Source of the DNA: Thermoflexales bacterium
Lineage (GTDB): Bacteria; Chloroflexota; Anaerolineae; Fen-1058
Reading direction: 5' to 3'
DNA: 64,000 bases
Assembly (NCBI GenBank): GCA_041738395.1
Contig: JBGSPW010000064.1
Coordinates: forward strand, 1-64,000
Both the position numbers and the translations under genes were made by a program. Of the stretch, positions 9,608-19,235 are shown in pieces. The notes under the pieces were generated by a model. It had not been told where the DNA came from, ran no database searches, and saw nothing but the letters and a program-made list of their open reading frames with translations. Numbering within the stretch: position 1 is the first letter of the stretch; each line of letters begins with the position of its first letter.

Positions 9608-10231
9608 ATGACCTTTGCCTCACCTATCTACGCCATCATCCCCGTCAAGCCGCTCCGTCGTGCTAAGAGCCGACTGGCCCGCGCTCTAAAAGCGCCGACA
9701 CGCGCCGCGCTGGTACGCTCAATTTTTTCGCGCACACTGGACATCATCGCGCAAGTGGAACGCATCGACGGCGTAATCGTCGTGAGCCGCGATCTCACCA
9801 TCCTGGAATTGGCCCGCCAGCGCCATGCGCTTGCTCTGGCCGAATCAGAGTCTGGCTTGAATTCGGCCATCACACAGGCCGCGCAGTGGGCGACCCGGCA
9901 CCACGCCCGAACGGCGATCGTCATCCCTGTGGATTTACCGCTGATCACTTCGGCCGATCTCGACGCGGTGATCGATCGGGCCGTAGAAGAGCGCTGCGTC
10001 GTTATCGCTCCCGATCGGCACGAGGATGGCACCAACGTCCTGCTCGTGCGCCCGCCCGACGCGATCCAGTTTGCCTACGGTACGTCATCGTTCAACGCGC
10101 ATCGCGCGCAGGCCATTGAACGCGGCCTGATCGTACATGAGTATCGATCACCTACGACCGCATTCGACATCGACGTGCCGGACGATTTGGAACTGTATCG
10201 TGCGCTTGACGCACAGCATATTTCGGAATAA
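9608..10231 (+). CDS. cofC: 2-phospho-L-lactate guanylyltransferase (CofC/FbiD).
   Basis: IPVKPLRRAKSRL is the hallmark CofC motif. Size is 207 aa. The gene is adjacent to cofD. Confidence 0.8.
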   Translation: MTFASPIYAIIPVKPLRRAKSRLARALKAPTRAALVRSIFSRTLDIIAQVERIDGVIVVSRDLTILELARQRHALALAESESGLNSAITQAAQWATRHHARTAIVIPVDLPLITSADLDAVIDRAVEERCVVIAPDRHEDGTNVLLVRPPDAIQFAYGTSSFNAHRAQAIERGLIVHEYRSPTTAFDIDVPDDLELYRALDAQHISE

Positions 10232-10264
10232 ACTGAATTTGACCTCACACCCAAGGAGAGTCCC

Positions 10265-11260
<996 letters not shown>

Positions 11261-11264
11261 AACA

Positions 11265-12566
11265 TTGACAGCACCACCTGTGACAATTCAGCCAGTCGCT
11301 ACGCCGCGCCAAGTGCTGCGGAACACCAATTTCACCAGACTGCTCGTGGGACAATTCATCTCCCAGCTCGGCGACGGCGTCGTCTTCCTGTCGCTGATGA
11401 TTATCCTCAACCGCATGCTGGGCGATGCCGCCGCCTCGGCCATTGGCGTGCTGCTCATTTGCCTCACCGCGCCGCGCGTCGTGCTGGGCTTGCTCTCGGG
11501 CGTATATGCCGATCGGCTGGATCGCAAGAAACTTATGATCGTCGCCGATGTCGCGCGCGGTTTCATCGCGCTGTCGTTCTTACTGGTGAAGAGTCCGGAA
11601 GACATCTGGATGATCTACATGGGCGGCTTTGCGTTGTCGGCAGTCAGCGCGATCTTTGCCCCGGCCAAAGACGCCAGCTTGCCGCAGATCGTCCAGCCCG
11701 ATCAGCTGATCCTGGCCAACAGCCTGTCGCAATCCAGTTACATCATCGCCGCGACGCTGGGCTCGGCGCTGGCCGGCATCTTGATCGGCGCATTCAACAC
11801 CGCCACACCGGCGATCGTGTTCAATGCCGCGTCGTTCTTTGTGTCCGCGGCGTTCATCGCCACCGTGCATTTGCCGCACGTGCAACGCCACGCCGAGCAA
11901 TATCCCAGTATGCGGCAGGTCTGGCATGAATTGCGCGAAGGCCTGAGCTACGTGGCGCATCAACGGCAAATGGTCGGCGCGCTGACCGGCCTCGGCGTCA
12001 CCATGCTGGGCGTCGGCGCGATCAACGTGCTGTTTGTGCCGTTCTTGTCGAATGATCTACATCTGCCGGAAACGTATCTGGGCTTTGTCGATCTGTTTCA
12101 GATGGCGGGCATGGTGCTGCTGAATGTCTTCGTGGCGAAGCTGGCGGTGCGCTTCTCGCCTGCGCAGATCATCGGCAGCGGCATCATTTTGATCGGTATC
12201 TTCCTGGGCGCAGCCGGGTTCGTGCAAGTGGCATGGGTGATCTTTCCGTTGGGCTTCATCTGGGGCTTGTGCATCGCGCCGGTTGAGGCCAGTGCCGCCA
12301 CCGTGATCCAACACGCGCCCGATCACATTCGGGGCCGCGCGGCCAGCGCTTCGCAAACGGTGATGGGCACGGCGAATGTCCTGTCGATGGCGATCGCCGG
12401 GATTGCCGGGGCCTCGTTGGGGCCGCGCCTGGCCTTTGTCGCTGGCGGCGCTTTTGCGGTCGTGGGTGGAATCCTGGCCTGGCTGATCATGCGCAGTGCT
12501 GCGCCTCAGCCAGAAGCGGCTGATCGGGTCATGCCTGAAGCAGTGCTGGCACGCAGTGAAGACTAA
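11265..12566 (+). CDS. MFS transporter.
   Basis: 433 aa with about 12 hydrophobic segments. The GxLaDRxDRKK motif is typical of MFS loop 2-3. Confidence 0.75.
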   Translation: MTAPPVTIQPVATPRQVLRNTNFTRLLVGQFISQLGDGVVFLSLMIILNRMLGDAAASAIGVLLICLTAPRVVLGLLSGVYADRLDRKKLMIVADVARGFIALSFLLVKSPEDIWMIYMGGFALSAVSAIFAPAKDASLPQIVQPDQLILANSLSQSSYIIAATLGSALAGILIGAFNTATPAIVFNAASFFVSAAFIATVHLPHVQRHAEQYPSMRQVWHELREGLSYVAHQRQMVGALTGLGVTMLGVGAINVLFVPFLSNDLHLPETYLGFVDLFQMAGMVLLNVFVAKLAVRFSPAQIIGSGIILIGIFLGAAGFVQVAWVIFPLGFIWGLCIAPVEASAATVIQHAPDHIRGRAASASQTVMGTANVLSMAIAGIAGASLGPRLAFVAGGAFAVVGGILAWLIMRSAAPQPEAADRVMPEAVLARSED

Positions 12567-12575
12567 AGGAACCTC

Positions 12576-13094
12576 ATGAATCATCCGTTTCTGGAAACGC
12601 TGTTCGCGTACGATCGCTGGGCCACGCGCACTATCCTTGAGACGTGCGCGGATTTATCGCAAGAAGAGTTCGAGCGGCCACTAGGCATCGGGCCGGGAAG
12701 TTTGGAACGCACGCTCAATCATCTGATCGGCGCGATGTTCTTTTTTGCTGATCGGCTCAATCGGCATGCGCCGCGACCGCGCTTGGAGAAAGACGGGCGC
12801 ACCAAGACGGCGGCCGAATTGCTGGAGTTGTTCGAACAGGCCGATCGGGAATTTGGCGAGGCCGTGACGCACACGATCGAAATGCACACCATGACCGATC
12901 TGCTCAACTGGACGGATACCGACGAAGGCGAAATCGATCCCGAAGATCGAATTCCGTACGCGCTGGCGCTGGCCCAGATGATCGATCACGGCATTCAACA
13001 TCGCACCCAAGCGGCGGATATGCTGGAGTTGCTGGGGAAAGGATTACCGCAGGAACTTAGTCCGTTCGTGTGGGATGAGACGCGGCACAGCTAG
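12576..13094 (+). CDS. DinB/YfiT-like (DinB_2) family protein.
   Basis: FAYDRWATRTILETCADLSQEEF...LNHLIGAM matches the DinB_2 four-helix pattern with His residues. Confidence 0.6.
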   Translation: MNHPFLETLFAYDRWATRTILETCADLSQEEFERPLGIGPGSLERTLNHLIGAMFFFADRLNRHAPRPRLEKDGRTKTAAELLELFEQADREFGEAVTHTIEMHTMTDLLNWTDTDEGEIDPEDRIPYALALAQMIDHGIQHRTQAADMLELLGKGLPQELSPFVWDETRHS

Positions 13095-13798
13095 GCGTAG
13101 ACCGTGGTCAATACGATCAGCGCTTGCCCGGTGATGTATAACACCCACACCACATCGTGCACCAGAAACCAGTCGTTGTCGCGCAATTCGCGGTTGCCGA
13201 GGATGATGTCGGAGATCAGGAAGAGCACGCCGCCGATCGCCGTCAGGGTGAAACGCGGATCGGACAGTGCCAGCGCGGTAGCCGTGCCCGCCATGATCGC
13301 AATCAACCAGCCGTAGAACAATGAGCCGATATTCAAGACGCGCGACTTGGCCGGGTTGTAGATCAGGAAAAACCACAGCAGCGCCGCGACGATCATGAAG
13401 GCCGCCCACAAGATCGATTCCGCCAAGGGATCACTCAAGCCCAACGCGCGCGCCGTTTGCGAGAAGCCGGCGATATAGCAGAGATGGCCGATCGAGAACA
13501 CGATGATGCCGCTGATCATGCGCTTGGGCAGCGGTATCACATCGGCCAGCACCAGATCGCCCAGCGCCCCAAACGTCATCCCCAGCGCGATCAACAACGC
13601 GGGCGTGCGCAGCGTCGAACTCACACTAAGAATGATCCAGGCGCACGCGACTAGAATCCATGAAGTGGACAAGCGCAGTGGCTTGATCGTGCGGCGGGTT
13701 CGCTCGGCGTTAGTGTGGCCGAAGACAAACGCGATGATCAGGATAACGGGAATCGCCGCCAGGCCAAGTACAACGAGTAAGTACGCGGGATTGAGCAC
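13091..13798 (-). CDS. YhhN-family (lysoplasmalogenase-like) integral membrane protein.
   Basis: 235 aa and highly hydrophobic with about 8 TM segments. The call is by similarity of pattern only. Confidence 0.45.
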   Translation of the reverse strand: MLNPAYLLVVLGLAAIPVILIIAFVFGHTNAERTRRTIKPLRLSTSWILVACAWIILSVSSTLRTPALLIALGMTFGALGDLVLADVIPLPKRMISGIIVFSIGHLCYIAGFSQTARALGLSDPLAESILWAAFMIVAALLWFFLIYNPAKSRVLNIGSLFYGWLIAIMAGTATALALSDPRFTLTAIGGVLFLISDIILGNRELRDNDWFLVHDVVWVLYITGQALIVLTTVYA

Positions 13799-13800
13799 GC

Positions 13801-14217
13801 TTATTCTCCTATGATCTGTGCCACGACTTCACGCTGCCGCGGGCGTGTGTCGAAATCGATGAGGATGATCTGCTGCCACGTCCCCAGGGTCAGGCGCCCG
13901 GCGACAAATGGTATACTCAACGCTGGGCCGAGTAACGCGGCGCGGACATGACTGTGGCCGTTGTCGTCGCCCCAGCGCAAATGATGTTCGTACTCGGCGT
14001 GACGCGGCGCCATTTTCTCCAACACCCGGCCCAGATCAGCAATCGCGCCGTCTTCATATTCGATGGTCGTCAAGGCGGCCGTGGAACCGACGACGAACAG
14101 CGTGATCACACCGCCGGTCAGTTGCGATTCTTTCAGCGCCCGCTCAACACCGGGCGTGATATCGATCGTGTCGCCGTTACCGCGTGTGCTCAAAGTGAGT
14201 TGTTTGGAGACGATCAT
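13801..14217 (-). CDS. YjbQ/UPF0047 family protein, annotated in this family as a secondary thiamine-phosphate synthase.
   Basis: The conserved ITxxVxxxxxxSxxxxGxxxxFxxHTTAAL-like core and the HxRxxL...GxWQ C-terminal motif. Confidence 0.75.
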   Translation of the reverse strand: MIVSKQLTLSTRGNGDTIDITPGVERALKESQLTGGVITLFVVGSTAALTTIEYEDGAIADLGRVLEKMAPRHAEYEHHLRWGDDNGHSHVRAALLGPALSIPFVAGRLTLGTWQQIILIDFDTRPRQREVVAQIIGE

Positions 14218-14324
14218 GGTGACATCCTTCTGCCGAAATTCCGCACCGGATTATACCAGCCCCGATCGGCCGGGGCGATCCCTACATTTCCCGAACTTCA
14301 CATTCTCAGAAAGGAGACAGGATC

Positions 14325-15581
14325 ATGGCAAAGACAGTGGTCATAGTGGGCGCGCTTGACACCAAGGGCGAAGAGTTTGCCTATGTCAAAGCGCTGCTCA
14401 AGAAGAAACGCGTGAAAACGATCGTGGTTGATTTTGGCGTGCTGGGTGAACCGGCCTTTGAGCCGGACATCAGCCGCAGCACCGTGGCCGCGGCGGGCGG
14501 CGGTGATCTGGAACGCTTCCGCTTTGGCGAGCACAAAGACGAAGCGATGAAGGCGATGGCCACCGGACTCGCTGTCATCGTACGCCAGCTATACGACGCC
14601 GGAAAGCTCGACGGCATCCTGAGCATGGGCGGCAGCGGCGGCACCTCGATCGCGACGAACGCGATGCGCACCCTGCCGGTGGGTGTGCCCAAGGTGATGT
14701 TGTCCACAGTCGGCGGTGGTGATGTCAGCGCGTATGCCGGCCCGAAGGACATTACCTTCATGCCGTCGATTGTCGATGTGGCGGGCTTCAATCGCATCAG
14801 CCGTACCATTTACGCCAACGCCGCGGGAGCCATCGCGGGCATGGTGAACATGAGCGAGCCGAGAGCAACCGCCAAAGACACGGCGAGCATGGTGAGCTTT
14901 AGTGTAGCAGAAGCACCAGCCGACAAGCCGCTGATCGTCGCGTCGATGTTCGGCAATACGACCAAAGCCGTTGATCACGCCCGCGGCATCATGGAGCAAA
15001 ACGGTTACGAGGTGTTAGTCTTTCACGCCACCGGCACCGGCGGCAAGACGATGGAGAGCTTGATCGCCGATGGGTTGATCGCCGGTTCGCTGGACATCAC
15101 CACGACGGAACTCGCCGATGAAGTGTGCGGCGGCGTGTTCAGCGCGGGGCCCGATCGGTGTGGGGCGGCTTCCAAGGCGGGCATCCCCGCCGTGCTCGTG
15201 CCGGGCTGCGTCGATATGGCAAATTTCGGGGGCATCGATACCGTGCCGGAAAAATACAAAGGCCGCAATCTGTATCAGTGGAATCCCAACGTGACCTTGC
15301 TGCGCACCAACGTCGAAGAGAACGTGAAGATGGGTGAGCTGATCGCTGCGGCGGCCAATGCCGCCACTGCGCCCGTCGCCATCGTGCTGCCTCTCAAGGG
15401 CGTCTCCATGCTCGATAGTGAAGGTGGCAACTTCTGGGATCCAGAAGCCGATCGGGCGTGCTTTGATGCGATCAAGCAGAATCTCAAGCCCGGCATTCCG
15501 GTGATCGAAGTCGATCACAACATCAACGATCCCGAATTCTCCGGCAAAGTCGCCGAGACGCTGTTGGAGATGTTGAAATAA
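14325..15581 (+). CDS. Tm-1-like ATP-binding protein (UPF0261).
   Basis: The MAKTVVIVGALDTKGEEFAYVK N-terminus is characteristic of UPF0261. It is paired with the downstream PEP-hydrolase-like TIM barrel gene. Confidence 0.75.
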   Translation: MAKTVVIVGALDTKGEEFAYVKALLKKKRVKTIVVDFGVLGEPAFEPDISRSTVAAAGGGDLERFRFGEHKDEAMKAMATGLAVIVRQLYDAGKLDGILSMGGSGGTSIATNAMRTLPVGVPKVMLSTVGGGDVSAYAGPKDITFMPSIVDVAGFNRISRTIYANAAGAIAGMVNMSEPRATAKDTASMVSFSVAEAPADKPLIVASMFGNTTKAVDHARGIMEQNGYEVLVFHATGTGGKTMESLIADGLIAGSLDITTTELADEVCGGVFSAGPDRCGAASKAGIPAVLVPGCVDMANFGGIDTVPEKYKGRNLYQWNPNVTLLRTNVEENVKMGELIAAAANAATAPVAIVLPLKGVSMLDSEGGNFWDPEADRACFDAIKQNLKPGIPVIEVDHNINDPEFSGKVAETLLEMLK

Positions 15582-15592
15582 CATCATCGCGC

Positions 15593-15653
15593 AGAAACCG
15601 GGTTTCTACCGTTCGGATGGAATCAAGGTCTGGAATGTAGAAACCCGGTTTCT
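15593..15653. repeat. AGAAACCGGGTTTCT inverted-repeat hairpin element, locus A.
   Basis: Arms agaaaccgggtttct and agaaacccggtttct are exact reverse complements, separated by about 31 nt. Confidence 0.85.
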
Positions 15654-15663
15654 CATCTCACAC

Positions 15664-16509
15664 ATGGAGGACAGCATGGCAGTTTCACGCGCAGAAATCT
15701 TGAAACGGCTCAACGCGCAGGTGGCCGCAGGCAAACCCATCGTCGGCTGCGGCGCGGGCACCGGCATCTCAGCCAAGATGGCCGAGGCCGGTGGCTGCGA
15801 TCTGATCATCATCTACAACAGCGGACGCTATCGCATGGCGGGACGCGGCTCACTGGCCGGGCTGTTGTCTTACGGCGATGCGAACGGCATCGTCGTCGAG
15901 ATGGCCAGCGAAGTGCTGCCCATCGTGAAGAACGTGCCGGTGCTGGCAGGCGTCAACGGCACCGATCCGTTCCGCCTGATGCCCGTATTCTTGAAGCAGC
16001 TCAAAGACATGGGCTTCAGCGGCGTGCAGAACTTTCCCACCGTCGGACTGATCGATGGCAACTTCCGCGCCAACCTGGAAGCGACCGGCATGGGCTACGA
16101 TAAAGAAATCGAAACGATCCGTCTGGCCCATGAAATCGATCTATTCACGTCGCCCTACGTCTTCGATGTCGATCAAGCTAAAGCGATGGCACAGGCGGGC
16201 GCCGATCAGCTGGTGGCGCACGTCGGCCTGACGACGGCGGGAACGATCGGCGCGGGCGTGGCGTTGACGCTGGACGAAGCGATCGAGCGGGTGCTGCAGA
16301 TCGCCGCAGCGGGTCGCGCGGTGCGCAAAGACATTCTCGTCATCTGTCACGGCGGCCCCTTCGACGAGCCGGATCAGGTCGGTAAAGCGCTGCTGCGTAT
16401 GCCGGGCATCAGCGGCTTCTTCGGCGCATCGAGTATCGAACGGCTGCCGACCGAGCGCGGCATTCGCGGACAGGTGCAGGAGTTTAAGGGGTTGAAACTG
16501 GCGAAGTAA
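15664..16509 (+). CDS. Phosphoenolpyruvate hydrolase-like TIM-barrel protein, the partner of Tm-1-like/UPF0261.
   Basis: 281 aa. Gene-pair context with UPF0261. The start could instead be the ATG at 15676. Confidence 0.6.
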   Translation: MEDSMAVSRAEILKRLNAQVAAGKPIVGCGAGTGISAKMAEAGGCDLIIIYNSGRYRMAGRGSLAGLLSYGDANGIVVEMASEVLPIVKNVPVLAGVNGTDPFRLMPVFLKQLKDMGFSGVQNFPTVGLIDGNFRANLEATGMGYDKEIETIRLAHEIDLFTSPYVFDVDQAKAMAQAGADQLVAHVGLTTAGTIGAGVALTLDEAIERVLQIAAAGRAVRKDILVICHGGPFDEPDQVGKALLRMPGISGFFGASSIERLPTERGIRGQVQEFKGLKLAK

Positions 16510-16539
16510 GCGACTGAGGGAATAGCGAAATTTGACATT

Positions 16540-16707
16540 ACCCCAGCCGCATGCTATAGTTCGGCGCGTAGGAAGTGGTAAGAACCTGAAGTGGTTGTAG
16601 CAGTTAAGATCCGCTCGGGCTTACGGGAACCTGAAGCGGATTTTTGTTACACCTCACCGGGCCTTACGGCAACCTAACATTTCAATCATTCTGAAGGAGC
16701 AGCAACC
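16540..16707 (+). promoter_or_regulatory. Long, structured 5' leader of the cold-shock gene, likely a cspA-type thermoregulatory UTR.
   Basis: About 170 nt of non-coding sequence upstream of csp. Direct repeats cctgaagtgg and cctgaagcgg are present. Confidence 0.4.
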
Positions 16708-16917
16708 GTGAGCGACAAGGTAACCGGAACCGTGAAGTGGTTCAACAATGCGAAGGGGTATGGCTTTATTTCGCAGGAGACCGGCGAGGACGTGTTCGTG
16801 CACCACTCGGCCATCGAGATGACCGGCTATCGCACGCTGAACGAAGGCCAGCGCGTGCAGTTTTCAGTTGAGCACGGCCCCAAGGGCCTGCAGGCCAAGG
16901 ACGTTAGTCCCATTTAA
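16708..16917 (+). CDS. cspA: Cold-shock protein (CspA family).
   Basis: [15 protein letters not shown]...DVFVHHSAI carries the RNP1 and RNP2 motifs. GTG start with an AAGGAG RBS. Confidence 0.95.
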   Translation: MSDKVTGTVKWFNNAKGYGFISQETGEDVFVHHSAIEMTGYRTLNEGQRVQFSVEHGPKGLQAKDVSPI

Positions 16918-17046
16918 TCCCGCAGCTGACAACTGAATAGCAGCGCCGCCCTCTAAGGGGCGGCGTTTTTGTTTCCCGCGAGTTGTTGTACAATCGCGCC
17001 CGTTATCTTACGGGAAGAATGAAAGCACTTAATTTCAAATCAACCA

Positions 17047-17108
17047 AGAAACCGGGTTTCTCCATTTTCAGAGGAATGGAACGCTTAGCGTGGAGAAACC
17101 CGGTTTCT
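17047..17108. repeat. AGAAACCGGGTTTCT inverted-repeat hairpin element, locus B.
   Basis: Same arms as locus A with a roughly 32-nt loop. It lies upstream of the LCP gene. Confidence 0.85.
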
Positions 17109-17146
17109 GGTCGGCGCTTTCCCGCTAACGCGGAAGAGCTGGAAGA

Positions 17147-18316
17147 ATGAAGACACTGATGTCAAAAAACGATTCAATCTGGAGTTCAAAGTCGCCAGCC
17201 GCGCGCTGGCAATCGCAAGAGACGCAGCCGTCGCCACGCCGGCGCGCGCAGGCAATCACCCGATCGAGCCGCCGCAAGCCGATCGGATTGTATGTGCTGA
17301 CCGGCCTGCTCACCGTGATCGTGTTCATGTGCGTCGGCACGAGCCTGGTACTCGCTGCCATCGGGCCTACCACGCTGCTGGCGCTGCGCGATCGCTGGTT
17401 GGGACGCAATGTCGAAGAAACGATCAGCACGATTGGGCAAGTTGCCAAAGTGATCGTGACCAACGACAGCGATGTCTGGCCCGCGCTGGATAATGGCCGC
17501 GTCACCGTGCTGCTGCTGGGCGTCGATTCGCGCGGTACGCTGCGCGAGGGCGGACTCAATACCGATGTGCTGACACTCGTCACGATCGATCCGATCAGCA
17601 AAACAGCGGCGCTGTTGTCCATTCCGCGCGATCTGTACGTGCCGCTGCCGGGCACAAACGTTCAGAGTCGCATCAATGCCGCCTATGCCTGGGGTGAAGT
17701 CAACCAGCTGCCCGGCGGCGGATCGGCATATGTGGAGAAGACCATCACGGACAACTTCGGTGTGCCAGTGCAGCGCTATGCCATCATCGACTTTAACGGC
17801 TTCCAGAAAATCGTCGATGCGGTCGGCGGAGTGGATATTGATGTGCCGCAGGCGATCGTCGATTACGAATATCCCACGCCCGATTATGGCACCGAAGTGT
17901 TGCAGATTCCGGCAGGGCGCATTCACATGGACGGCGATCTGAGCCTGAAGTACGTGCGCACCCGGCACGGCGACAGCGATTTTGGCCGCTTGCAGCGTCA
18001 ACAGCAGGTGATGCTGGCCATTCGCGATAAAGCGTTGAGTATTGGCTCAATCGATAAGGTGCCGGAAGTTTTGAATGCCGTGGGCGATTCACTCGCCACC
18101 GATCTCACCTTGCCGGAGATTCTGTCGCTGGCGAAGAAGTGGGGGCAGATTCCGCGCGAGAATATTCGCACCTATCGCATCGACGAGACGATGATTCAGC
18201 CGTACATCACACCGCAGGGCGGACAGGTGCTGCAGCCCGATTGGGATAAGATCGCCGAAGTCGTGGCGCAGTTCCTGGGAGAAACGCCGGTCACGCCAGT
18301 GGCCGCGCAACAGTGA
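17147..18316 (+). CDS. LytR-CpsA-Psr (LCP) family cell-envelope phosphotransferase.
   Basis: An N-terminal TM segment followed by the LCP core (LLGVDSRG...NTDVLTLVTIDP...SIPRDLYVPLPG...RINAAYAWGE). Confidence 0.8.
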   Translation: MKTLMSKNDSIWSSKSPAARWQSQETQPSPRRRAQAITRSSRRKPIGLYVLTGLLTVIVFMCVGTSLVLAAIGPTTLLALRDRWLGRNVEETISTIGQVAKVIVTNDSDVWPALDNGRVTVLLLGVDSRGTLREGGLNTDVLTLVTIDPISKTAALLSIPRDLYVPLPGTNVQSRINAAYAWGEVNQLPGGGSAYVEKTITDNFGVPVQRYAIIDFNGFQKIVDAVGGVDIDVPQAIVDYEYPTPDYGTEVLQIPAGRIHMDGDLSLKYVRTRHGDSDFGRLQRQQQVMLAIRDKALSIGSIDKVPEVLNAVGDSLATDLTLPEILSLAKKWGQIPRENIRTYRIDETMIQPYITPQGGQVLQPDWDKIAEVVAQFLGETPVTPVAAQQ

Positions 18317-18323
18317 TCGAGAG

Positions 18324-18385
18324 AAGAAACCGGGGGGCTGCCATTTGAACGGCATGACGAGCTGGAAAGGTGAAACCCGGTTTCT
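18324..18385. repeat. AGAAACCGGGTTTCT inverted-repeat hairpin element, locus C, with a degenerate left arm.
   Basis: agaaaccggggggct...tgaaacccggtttct. It lies between convergent genes. Confidence 0.7.
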
Positions 18386-18388
18386 CCA

Positions 18389-18880
18389 TCAACGATAGAA
18401 GTTAATCCACTCGATGGTAAACTTGCTCTCCTCGCTCTGCATGAAAGCTGCCGGGGCCTCGAGGTCAAAGTAGCCGGAGTTAGACGTCACATTCATCCAG
18501 TGAGCATCACCAGGGCTGAGCGCGCTGATCTGGCCCTCTTGTACCAACATTTCGCGCGTTTGAGTAGAAACCGACACCTCCACGGTTTGTGCGCCATGCT
18601 TGAATTTGAAACTCTCCAGGCCTTTGACATGCAGCCGCATCACAATCTTGGGCGGCCACTGACCAGAGGCTTTCGCAATCATTACACTGCCGATGCCGGT
18701 CGGGCTGGTGATATCGATCAGGACCATCTCATTCGAGGTCGTGAAGACAATCCTAGGATCGCCTTTCAGCGGCGTGTAACGAAACGTCGGTCGATCGATC
18801 GGGCGCGCGGGCGCGGCACAGGCCGCCAGGCTCAACAGCACAGCGCCGGACAGTAAAGCAAGCAGATAACGTCGGAACAT
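18389..18880 (-). CDS. Lipoprotein of unknown function.
   Basis: Signal peptide with a lipobox (LLSLAAC). Confidence 0.5.
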   Translation of the reverse strand: MFRRYLLALLSGAVLLSLAACAAPARPIDRPTFRYTPLKGDPRIVFTTSNEMVLIDITSPTGIGSVMIAKASGQWPPKIVMRLHVKGLESFKFKHGAQTVEVSVSTQTREMLVQEGQISALSPGDAHWMNVTSNSGYFDLEAPAAFMQSEESKFTIEWINFYR

Positions 18881-18961
18881 TTATACTGTGCTCCTAACAG
18901 GATGTGTGGTCGATTATACCCAGACAGCCAAACACCGCAATGGGTCCTTGTTCAGGCTGCG

Positions 18962-19175
18962 GACTAGTCTGAAAATGCTCACAGCCCTCGTTCCCGAGGG
19001 CGTTCCCCGCAGGCGGGGCGCGAGCGCGGAGCGTTTTCAGGCTTTGTGCTGAATGCCGTTCATGGGGTCTGATCTGAAAATGCTCACAGCCCTCGTCCCC
19101 GAGGGCGTTTCCCGCAGACGGGGCGCGAGCGCGGAGTGTTGTTAGGGGCGGGGATGAACGCCGTTCAGGCTAACT
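18962..19175. repeat. Two tandem copies of a roughly 106-nt structured, hairpin-rich element.
   Basis: ctgaaaatgctcacagccctcgttcccgagggcgttccccgcaggcggggcgcgagcgcggagcgttttcag repeats at about 92% identity. Each copy is closed by ctgaaaa/ttttcag and contains gccctcg...cgagggc and ccccgc..gcgggg stems. Confidence 0.85.
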
Positions 19176-19235
19176 ACTAAGGCTTTTCAGTCTGTCTGCA
19201 ATCGGGTAAACTACATACCTCATCAGGAGGGCGGT

